A stretch of 64,000 nucleotides of DNA from Octopus sinensis (lineage: Eukaryota), in NCBI RefSeq assembly GCF_006345805.1, contig NC_042998.1, positions 33,914,001-33,978,000 on the forward strand, in the 5' to 3' direction. Made by a program: the position numbers and the translations under genes. The notes below the pieces were generated by a model. That model was not told the origin of the DNA, did not search any database, and worked only from the letters and a program-made list of their open reading frames with translations. Within the stretch, counting starts at the first letter, position 1; each line of letters begins with the position of its first letter. Shown here piece by piece: positions 13,257-23,615 of this stretch.

Positions 13257-13770
13257 AGTTCTATATTTAAGAGATGAGGAATTATGTACATTATTTACAT
13301 TATTTCCATGGGCATATGGCATAGTGGTTAAGAGCGCAGGCTATTAACCCCAAGATTCCAAGTTTGATTCCAGGCAGCGACCTGAATAACAATAATAATA
13401 TAATAATAATAATAATAACAACATGGCAAAATACCAAAGGAATGAGAACCCAGGTTCGAAATTTCCCCATGACACCTGATGAAGGCTGGAGGGTATATCA
13501 GCCGAAACATTGTGTTAAGAACAAACAAGAAGAGGACAAATATCTGTCAAATGTAAATAATGTACATAATTCCTCATCTCTTGAATATAGAACTGAATAA
13601 TAATAATAATTATATAATAACAACAACATTGTAAAATACCTTAGGAATGAGAACCCAGGTTCGAAATTTCCCCAAGACACCTGATGAAGGCTGGAGGGTA
13701 TATCAGCCGAAACGTTGTGTTAACAACAAACGAGATGAGGACAAATATCTGCCAAATGTAAATAATGTAA
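13257..13770 (+). mobile_element. tRNA-headed, hammerhead-containing SINE-like element with inverted 5' end and duplicated body
   Basis: About 45 bp of inverted 3' end (13257-13301), tRNA-like head 13309-13384, and two tandem bodies each carrying CTGATGA...GAAA. Confidence 0.85.
13676..13721 (+). ncRNA. Minimal type I hammerhead ribozyme motif (intact core)
   Basis: GACAC-CTGATGA-A-GGCTG[GAGGGTATAT]CAGCC-GAAA-CGTT-GTGTT. Stem I is GACAC/GTGTT, stem II is GGCTG/CAGCC, stem III is palindromic (AACGTT). Activity is untested. Confidence 0.75.
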
Positions 13771-15200
13771 ATTCAATTCAGATTGACAAAAACTTATTTC
13801 AAAGACTGTCACAAAGAATATTTTACTGTTGATAAATGAAATCTCAATTGTAAGATTAAGGACATTTTCCCAAAGTACTTAATTGTAATAACAAGAATCT
13901 CAGCAAAAATTTTTGGATCTGTAATGGACACACAATCAATGGTAATGAATTGTCTTTCACTCACAAAAACCTCCTAAAAACTGCTTGGCATTAAATTCTA
14001 CTCAAATTTATTTGTTAATGGAAATGCTTAAAAGGAAAGGAAAAAATTCCAAACATTGAAACAAACAATTGATCTCTGGTGACTGGACTTTTTATTGCCT
14101 GTGGAAAATATGATTCTGTCATCTCGTGAATTTTATTACTATCATCATCATCATCGTTTAACGTCTGCTTTCCATGCTAGCATGGGTTGGACGATTTGAC
14201 TGAGATCTGGCAAACCAGATGGCTGCACCAGACTCCAATCTGATCTGGCAGAGTTTCTACAACTGGATACCCTTCCTAACGCTAACCACTCCGGGAGTGT
14301 AGTGGGTGCTTCTACATGCCACCGGCACGAGGGCCAGCCCCTACCCCATGCTTGTATCTACAAGTAAAGCCCCTACCCATGCTTGTATCTACAAGTAAAG
14401 CCCCTACCCCATGCTTGTATCTGTTATAAACTCCAGGACTTAATCGTCTGTTTTACAAAACTTCAAATATTCACCGAGTCAAGCTTATTGATTTCTATGG
14501 AAACCGTACCCGTGTTTTATTCCTCTCTGAGTTGATCTTTTGAAGACGACGAATCCATTAAATCTGAAAAAAACTGTTGGCTGAGGAAATAATTATAACT
14601 TTAGAATCCTCATGGTATTGTTAAATTGTTGTGATAAAAAGTATTTAGCCGTTGACTATGTATTTCCTATTAATAGATGTACATTCCCTATGACTCATTA
14701 GTGATTTTTTTTTTTTTTTTTTCTCTGTCAAATTCATGAAAATCATCATCTCATTATTACTGACCTTTGTCTGGCTTATCATGTGACCTCACCTCTTCGA
14801 GAGAGATCAACGCTTTACAACTGTTGAAGTAAATAATAAATTAAACTAATTTCTGTGATTAATTATTGGAGTGACAAATAGCGGTAGTTTTTTGATAGGA
14901 CAATGAAGAACTTAAGGACTTGAAAAAAAATGGAACATTATTCTGATAATGTAATGATATATGGAGATAATAAAAGGATTCATGATGAAAATATGCAACC
15001 TTTGCTCTAATAAGCTTAATCATCATCATCATCGTCCATCCATTTCCATACTGGTATGTGTTGGATGGTTTGATAGGAACTGGCAAACCAGAGAACTGCA
15101 GCAGGCTCCACAGACTCTAGTCATCTGTTTTGGCTTGGTTTCCATAACTCAGTGCCATTCTTAATGCCAACCACTTCACAATGCATTAGGTTCTTATTAA

Positions 15201-15404
15201 CCCTTTCGTTACCATATTTTTTTTTTAGATGCTCTGTGTTTCTTTCAATTATTTTAAATATAATTAAGAATATTGTAAAATAACTTGTTAGGAACATAAA
15301 TTGCAACTAAGGTTTGGTGGAAGATTTTAATGAAAAACTTATGAAAACAAGACATTAATACTACAGAGCCAGAGCCGGTTTTGGCCGGGTTGGTAACGAA
15401 AGGG
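15201..15404. mobile_element. piggyBac-type MITE, family A (copies also near 28730-28930, 41586-42040, 58315-58540)
   Basis: TTAA TSD on both sides. TIR CCCTTTCGTTACCA / TGGTAACGAAAGGG. Confidence 0.9.
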
Positions 15405-18400
15405 TTAAGTGACTCAGGCGCCGTTGCTTTTTACATGGCACTGGCTCATACTCTGAAGAACAAAGGGGTTTGCTGTGAGGCACTGTGGTTTAGAAGTCAG
15501 ATTTGGAGAGAAGGCAAAAATGCGGTTTGGGTCTTCATGGACTGAGACTGCCACATGACAGGATTTCAGATTCTAAACAGTTCAAGAAACTGGAGTGTTT
15601 CATAGACTTCATTCAAAATGACCCCAAAATTAGCTGAAATTTCTGCAGCCTGTTTTGTGTGTGTGTCAGTGTGTATCTGTGTGTCTGTGTGTGTGTGTTG
15701 GTGTGTATCTGTGTGTGTGTGTTGGTGTGTGTCTGTATCTGTGTATGTTGGTGTGTGTCTGTCTGTGTGCGCGCGTTGGTATATATATATATATATATAT
15801 ATACATATATGTATAGGTATATTTGTATATATGATTAGATATATGTGTATATATGTATGTATGTATGTATGTGTATATGGCACATAAAAACCACCATCTG
15901 AACGTGGTCGATACCAGGTCTGCCTGACCGGCTCCTGTGCTGGTGGCCCTTAAAAGCACCAACTGAACATGGCTGATGTCAGTACGCCCTGACTGGCCCC
16001 AGTACTGGTGGCACGTAAAAAGCACTATCTGAATGTGATCGATGTCAGACCTGCCTGACTGGCTCCTGTGCTAGTGGCACATAAAAAAGCACCCACTACA
16101 CTCTTGAAGTGGTTGGCATTAGGAAGGGCATCCAGCTGTAGAAAGATTGCCAAAACAGTCACAGAAGCCCGGTGCAGGCTTCAGCCTGGCCAGCTCTTGT
16201 GGTACCATCTCACCAATGCTAGCATGGAACACAGACATTAGATGATGATGATGATTATCAAGTATTTCCTGTTATCAGCTGAATCTCTTGACGCAATTAA
16301 GAAACTGAAAGAGTGTTGCAGCAGCTCATTCATTTGTTACGTTATCTTTCATCTTTTGTCATCATTAGACTGTGGCCATGCTAGGGCACTACTTTGAAGG
16401 AGTTTTGGTTTTGAGCGAGGTCGTTGCCAGTGCTGCTGGACTGACTCCTGTGCAGGTGACACATAAAAAACACCATTTTCGAGCGTGGCCATTGCCAGTG
16501 CCACCTGACTGGCTCTTGTGCTGGTGGCACTTTAAAAGCAACCACTACACTCTTGGAGTGGTTGGCGTTAGGAAGGGCATCCAGCTGTAGAAACTCTGCC
16601 AGATCAGATTGGAGCCTGGCGCAGCCATCTGGTTCACCAGTCCCCAGTCAAACCGTCAAACCCATGCTAGCATGGAAAACGGACGTTAAACGATGATGAT
16701 GATGATGCATCAACCCCAGGGCATATTTTTTTAAGCCTGGTATTTGTTGTGCCTGCCTCTTGCTGAGCTGATAAACAAACACACCAACGCCAGTTATCAA
16801 GCAGTGGTGGGACACACACATACATACACATATATACGACTGGCTTCTTTCAGTTTCCATCTACCAAATCCATTTATAAGTCATTGGTCAGCCTGAGGCT
16901 ATAGTAGAAGACACCTGCCCAAGGTTTTATGCAGTGGGACTGAACCCAGGACCATGTGGTTGGGAAGCAAGCTTCTTAGCACACAACCATGCCTGTGCCT
17001 CTCGATGCAATTAAGGAACCAAAAGACAGTTTTGCAGCAAGCTTTTTCGGTTTTGCATCTAGTTCCGATCTTTGTTATGGATGTGTCTGTAACATAAGTT
17101 CTATGCTAATAGCAAAGAAGCTGCCAATTATGCTTCCATTCACATCATCATTTAACATCCGTTTTCCATTACTGGCATTCAACTAAAATAACCCACGGTA
17201 AAATTAGAATTCCATGTAATAATTAAGTTGAAAGTTACATTTCCTTTTAGAATACAACAAAATCAACAAGGAACAACTTTCTCTTTTGACCTGAATCTTT
17301 TGTTAAAATTTCTAAACTCTTTCCTTGGTTACCACAAGTCTGAATAGAATACTACTTTTGAAAGAGACTTTTGTTGGAATTGCATTAATACTTTTGATAC
17401 CATTCCATCTGTGACTGCCTCTGGCTTTGGAATACAAACTTCTGATTTTAAAAAGGGTCTAAATTAAAACCTGCCATCAAATTTTCTCATTAATTTATGT
17501 TCTAAATATCAGCTTAATAATCATCATCATCGTTTAACATCTGCCTTCCATGCTAGCATGGGTTGGATGATTTTGACTGAGGGCTGATGAACCATATGGC
17601 TGTACCAGGCTCCAATCTTGATCTGGCAGAGTTTCTACAGCTGGATGCCCTTCCTAACACCAACCACTCCTAGAGTGTAGTGGGTACTTTTTATATGCCA
17701 TCGGCACAGGTCTAATCAGGCGGTACTGGCAGTGACCTCGCTAGAATCTATTTACACATTCCACTGGCACAGGTGCCAGTAAGGCAATGGTGATAATGAT
17801 CATGCTCGAATGGTTCCTTTTATGTGCCACCAACATGGAAGCCAGTTAGTCGCTCTGGTAACAATCACACTCGGATAGTGCTCTTGGCACCCTACTAGCA
17901 CAGGCATAAGTGCCAGTAAGGCGACGCTGGTAATGATCACACTCAAATGGTGCCTTTTATGTGCCACTGGCATGGATATTTTACTAAATTCATCATTCTT
18001 TTCTAAATCCACTGAAACAAAGCAGAGTATTTCAATAGAAATTTGGTAAGGAAAGGGTTTAAGCAGAATTTCTGCATTTTCTAAAAATAATAACATAATG
18101 AGAAATGATGGATAAATACATACAACAAAAATATTCATGAGAAGATATTCTGGTGTGGATAAAGAAATTGCTTTAAATGAAACGATTCAGTTGTAACGGC
18201 CTATTAAGGAAACATACGAAAGATAACATAAGATTGAAATTAGATCAAAAGGTCAAATTAATTTGAAACGCCTCCAAAATTATCGATAGCATTTTCACAT
18301 TGTCAACAAAACCTTGACAGCTGCTGTTATTGGTTTAGTAAGTCCCCAAAATCAATTAAATTTTGACAGTTCTTGGTTTATACGTTATTCTTTCTCATTC

Positions 18401-19463
18401 ACCGGCAGAAAAGCATCTCTGTAACCCCTTAGCATTCCTCTGTCAAATGTAACGCTTATTTATGCCCATTGTTTCAAAGTAATCATGTCTTTTCTCTTAG
18501 CTTTCAGGTTTCGGTGATGATCATCATCGACATTTAATGTCTGTTGTCCATGCTGGCATGGGTTGGGCAGTTTGACCAGGGCTGATGGGCTGGAAGGCTG
18601 CACCAAACTCCAGTCTGATTTGGTGTGGTTTTCTACTACTGGATGCCCTTCCTAATGCCAACCCCCTTCTGAGAGTGTAATGGGTGCTTTTACATTCCAC
18701 CGGCACGGGTGCCATTTGCATGACACCAGTATCTGCCACAACTGTGATTTTGCTTGGCTTGATGGGTCTTCTTCTCAAGCATGACATAATGCCAAAGGTC
18801 TCAGTCATTGCCTCCATGAGGCCTAACAATTGAAAGGAGCTTTTCATGTTCCACCAGTATCAACCACTTTACCTCCGTGAGCCCCAATGCTGGAAAGGTG
18901 CTTTTTAGGTGCCAGTTACGGACCACCAGCATCAGCTACAACTACAATTTCACTTGGCTTGTTGGGTCTTCTCAGGCTCAGCATATCACCAAAGGCCTTG
19001 GTCACTAGACATTGCGTCTGTGAGGACCAAAGTTCGAAGATCATGCTTCACCACTTCATCCCATGTCTTCCTGTGTCTACCTCTGCCACAGGTTCCCTCC
19101 ACAGTTCTTTACACAGCTATCCTTGTCCAAATTCTATAATTTTAGAGTAACATTGTAAGGAAGAGGTGTGGGGGCCAAATCTGGCTGGTTTGAACTTAAG
19201 ACAGGTAGAATATTTTGGCTGGATATAACTGCTTTAAAATGCTAAACAGTTAAGCTATTTTTCCTGTGTCTCTCCACATTATTTTGTATGGTGCTTCAAA
19301 GCTTTGCTCACCGTAACTGTGGCACTCACTTTGAAAGTACTAAACTTTTAGAATTTCCCCCACCACAACCGCCTAACAATGATGGCCAGTCATGGTCACG
19401 CTGTCCATAATTCTGATATTGGATACTTCTACTTGAATTGTACAATTGGCCCCTTCAATTTAA

Positions 19464-20296
19464 CCCTTTAGCATTCAGATTCCTCTGTCAAATGCGATAC
19501 CTATTTATTTACATTGTTTCCAGTTAATTGTGTATTATCTCGTGGCTTTGAGATTTTGATGTGATTGCTTATTTTTAGAATGACATTGTAGGGTAGGTAT
19601 GAGTGGTTGGAAGATGGCGAGCTGGCAGAATCGTTAGCACGCCGGGCAAAATGCATAGCCGTATTTTGTCTGTCGTTACGTTCTGAGTTCAAACTCTGCC
19701 AAGGTTGACTTTGCCTTTCATCCTTTCAGGGTCAATAAATTAAGTACCAGTTATGAACTGGGGTCGATATAATCAACTTAATCCGTTTGTTTGTCCTTGT
19801 TTGTTCCCTCTGTGTTTAGCCCCTTGTGGGTAGTAAAGAAATAGGTATTTCGTCTGCCGCTACGTTCTGAGTTCAAATTCCGCCGAGATCGACTTTGCCT
19901 TTCATCCTTTCGGGGTCGATAAATTAAGTACTAGTTACAAACTGGGGTCGATATAATCAACTTAATCCGTTTGTTTGTCCTTGTTTGTTCCCTCTGTGTT
20001 TAGCCCCTTGTGGGTAGTAAAGAAATAGGTATTTCGTCTGCCGCTACGTTCTGAGTTCAAATTCCGCCGAGATCGACTTTGCCTTTCCTCCTTTCGGGGT
20101 CAATAAGTTAAGTACCAGTTACAAACTGGGGTCGATATAATCTACTTTATCCGTTTGTTTGTCCTTGTTTGTTCCCTCTGTGTTTAGCCCTTTGTGGGTA
20201 GTAAAGAAATAGGTATGAGTGGTTGGATCTGGCCAGTTTGACTATAAAACAGGCAGAGTATTTGGGCCAGATACGACCAGTTTAACTGCTGAAGGG
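19464..20296. mobile_element. piggyBac-type MITE, family B, hosting a trimeric Nin/Deu SINE (19612-20209)
   Basis: TTAA TSDs at 19460-63 and 20297-300, termini CCCTTTAGCA/TGCTGAAGGG. The nested SINE has an 18-bp TSD TAGGTATGAGTGGTTGGA. Confidence 0.85.
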
Positions 20297-20726
20297 TTAA
20301 AGGTTTTCTCAGCTTTGGCATAAGACAAAACTATGTAAAACTGCCTTTCAATCAGAATTCCTGTTTGTTCTTTGTCAAAAAGATTCTCTAAAAGTCTCTT
20401 CTGCAAATTCTACATTTAATTCCTCCTGCTCACCATGGAAATTTGTAATATCTTCACTGGTTTTCCTGGCTGTTCTTTCAATGTATACGGTCTTATTCTT
20501 TCACTGAGTATAAATTTTTCTGAGATGCAATGAAATTTTCTCCAGTAATCTGTAATGCTATCTTCAGCCTCCTCTTCTGCAATTCCAAGCCATTCTATTT
20601 CGTCAAAGTAACCAGACTTAGTAAAAATATATTAACACCAGTTATGAACACCAGCTGAAATTTTTATTGAATGCATGTTATAAATAAATGCTTAACTGAA
20701 TTCCTTTTCTTTTTTTATTTTTATAG

Positions 20727-20792
20727 GGGGATCAATACCCAGAAATTATTCAGGAAGGGGTTGAAAATACTTGTCTCAGCAATCTTTATGAG
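20727..20792 (+). CDS. CLCN7: CLC-7 coding exon 2 (GDQYPEIIQEGVENTCLSNLYE)
   Basis: Strong T-rich acceptor ending ATAG, donor GAG|GTATTA, phase 0/0. Joins exon 3 to give the conserved YESLDYD. Confidence 0.8.
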
Positions 20793-21482
20793 GTATTATT
20801 GCTTTTATTTTTAATCTTTTGTTTTAAACATTAGACTGCGACCATGCCTTGAAGAATTTTAGTCAAACAAATCAACTCCCAGTGCTTTTTTTTTTTTTAA
20901 ATGTCTGGTACATAACTCTCTTTTGCCATACTGCTAGGATACATAGATGTAAACAAACCATCACCAGTTGTCAAGTGGTGGTAGGGGACAGATACAAACA
21001 AAGGTGGCGAGCTGGCAGAAACGTTAGCATGCTGGGCGAAATGCTTAGCAGTATTTCGTCTGCTGCTATGTTCTGAGTTCAAATTCCGCCGAGGTCGACT
21101 TTGCCTTTCATCCTTTCGGGGTCGATATAATAAGTACCAGTTATGCACTGGGGTCGATATAATCGACTTAATCCGTTTGTCTGTCCTTGTTTGTCCCTTC
21201 TGTGTGTAGCCCCTTGTGGGCAGTAAAGAAATTGGTAGAGGACAGATAGAAACACATACACACATGTATAACTAGCTTCTTTCAGATTCTGTCACAAGGC
21301 TTTAGTTGACTTGAGGCTATAGTAGAAGACACTTGCCCAAGGTGCCACGCAGTAGAACTGAACCTGGAACCATGTGGTTAGGAAGCAAACTTCTTACCAC
21401 ATAGCCACACCTGCACTTATGTATATATATATATTTCTATTTAACAAAATATCACATGGTTATTGCACTTAGCAATGTTTTA

Positions 21483-22152
21483 CAGTTCTATATTTAAGAG
21501 ATGAGGAATTATGTACATTATTTACATTTGATGGGTATTTGTCCTCATCTTGTTTGTTGTTAACACAATGTTTTGGCTGATATACCCTCCTGCCTTCATC
21601 ACGGGGATATGGCATAGTGGTTAAGCACGCGAGCTACTAAATCCAAGATTCTGAGTTTGATTCCAGGCGGTGACCTGAATAAAAATAATAATAGTAATAA
21701 TAATAACATCGAAAAATACCTTAGGAATGAGAACCCAGGTTCAAAATTTCCTCAAGACACCTGATGAAGGCTGGAGGGTATATCAGCTGAAACGTCGTCA
21801 TCATCATCATCATCGTTTAACGTCCGATTTCCATGCTAGCATGTGTTGGACGGTTCGACCGGGGATCTGGCAAGCCAGAAGGCTGCACCAGGCTCTAGTC
21901 TGATCTGGCAGTGTTTCTACAGCTGGATGCCCTTCCTAACGCCAACCACTCCGTGAGTGTAGTGGGTGCTTTATATGTGCCAGGCGAGGCTGGCAATGGC
22001 CACGATCGGATTGGTGCTTTTTACGTGCCACCGGCATGGAAGCCAGTCTAGGTGGCACTGGCATCGGCCACGGTCAGATGGTGCTTTTTACGTACCACCG
22101 GCACAACGATAAACAAGATGAGGACAAATATCCATCAAATGTAAATAATGTA
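21483..22152 (+). mobile_element. Hammerhead SINE-like element with about 115 bp of inverted 5' end, interrupted by a (GAT)n-tailed SINE
   Basis: Inverted arm 21483-21601, head from about 21602, core CTGATGA at 21761. The inserted SINE spans about 21797-22103. Confidence 0.8.
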
Positions 22153-22424
22153 GCAATGTTTTATATGGAACTAAGCATTATTTAATCTTAAGTAGATTAG
22201 TAATGTATGTGATATTAGACTTGGCTCTAATTACTTGCAAGTGGTACTTTCAGAAGATCTGCTTCTTATTTCTTGGCAGCTACGAAAAGTGTAGAATTGT
22301 TTGACTTTGATGTAAAATGAATCTCTTGCAGTGAATTTGAACTCAAGACCTGCTAGTTAGTAGTTCATTACTCTATTGATGATTGTTTTATCGTTTTGTT
22401 CAGTTCATTGAACAGGAATTATAT

Positions 22425-22850
22425 TGCAGTAAAGATTATTTGCCAACATAACATGGCAGTCCTGGTTTTGGATAAATGTTGCTGTAATTTATTCTAATTT
22501 ATAGATCAGTGACTAGTTGTCACTTTGAAAAATATATATTTTGAATGGGAATTTGGCAGCGCCACCTCTAGTCGGACAATTATTCTGTGCTGATGAAGGG
22601 AAATAACCTGGAAATCGCGATACACAGATATTGTTTTGAGCTGAATGGGCGGGGTGCTAGATTCCCTTGTTTCGAAAATATAAGGACACAGATCATGTCA
22701 TATAGCCAGCTGGAGACGATGTCTCTGGGGCTAAATTACAGCAACATTTGTCCTAAACCAGGACTGCCATGTTATGTTGGCAAACAATCTTTACTCCAAA
22801 GTACTGCTACTGAATATCTCTCGTGAGATTTACAAATAGTAATTTTCTAA
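22425..22850. mobile_element. Foldback (MITE-like) element upstream of exon 3
   Basis: Partial left arm 22431-22490 and right arm 22651-22800. Same family as 23276-23615. Confidence 0.65.
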
Positions 22851-23080
22851 GGAATTATATTGTGATAATATTTCAGTAAATTATTTTTATCTGTTTGGTG
22901 TTAGGGGTGTGGTAATTACTTACAACGAAGGTATTTAGAACTGAAAAATAGAATTTTCGACTGAACGTTTTCATAATATTTAATTTCAATAGTTGATTAA
23001 ATCTGTTCAGAAGAAACAATTAAATGTCATAAAAGATTCAAAATTTTCTTTATTTTCTTTCATTTATTTTCAATTTCAAG

Positions 23081-23146
23081 AGTTTAGATTATGATCCAGT
23101 TGAAAACAGCATTTATGAAAAAGAACTGATTGACAGAACAAAATGG
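23081..23146 (+). CDS. CLCN7: CLC-7 coding exon 3 (SLDYDPVENSIYEKELIDRTKW)
   Basis: Acceptor TTTCAAG, donor TGG|GTAAGT. Contains the SLDYD motif of CLC-6/7. Confidence 0.92.
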
Positions 23147-23275
23147 GTAAGTTACTTATTGAAGTGAATTCTCTTCTCAACTTCTGGCCAATCTGGTTTA
23201 AAATCTCACTTCTTCACAACACCTCCCTGTTTTCCAAGACAGATCTATCAACACTAATTATGCCAACAAAACTGC

Positions 23276-23615
23276 TCCAGAGTAAAGATTGTTTACCAAC
23301 ATAACACGGCAGTCCTGGTTTAGGATGAATGTTGCTGTAATTTAGCCCCAAGAGACATTGTCTATAGCTGGCTATACGACATGATCTGTGTCCTTATATT
23401 TTCGAACAAGAGAATCTAGCACCCCCTTGTTCAAAAATATAAGGACACAGTTCGTATCATATAGCCAGCTGGAAACGATGTCTCCTGGGGCTAAATTACA
23501 GCAACATTCGTCCGAAACCAGGACTGCCATATCATGTTGGCAAACAATCTTTACTCCAAAATACTGTTGCTTGAATATCTCTCGTTGTGAGATTTACAAA
23601 TATTAATTTTCTAAA
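23276..23615. mobile_element. Foldback (MITE-like) element downstream of exon 3
   Basis: Imperfect inverted arms of about 135 bp (about 23276-23410 and 23426-23560). Confidence 0.7.

Noticed and set aside
13309-13384. tRNA gene (also other tRNA-like heads in the window)
   Set aside because: A and B boxes are present but there is no complete acceptor stem, and each head is fused to a repeat body, so these are SINE heads.
17290-17460. Minus-strand peptide KPEAVTDGMVSKVLMQFQQK resembling nucleoside diphosphate kinase
   Set aside because: It is flanked by stops, has no convincing splice sites or further NDK motifs, and another frame resembles decayed RT (IRSLYS...RWNG) equally well. Unresolved without a search.
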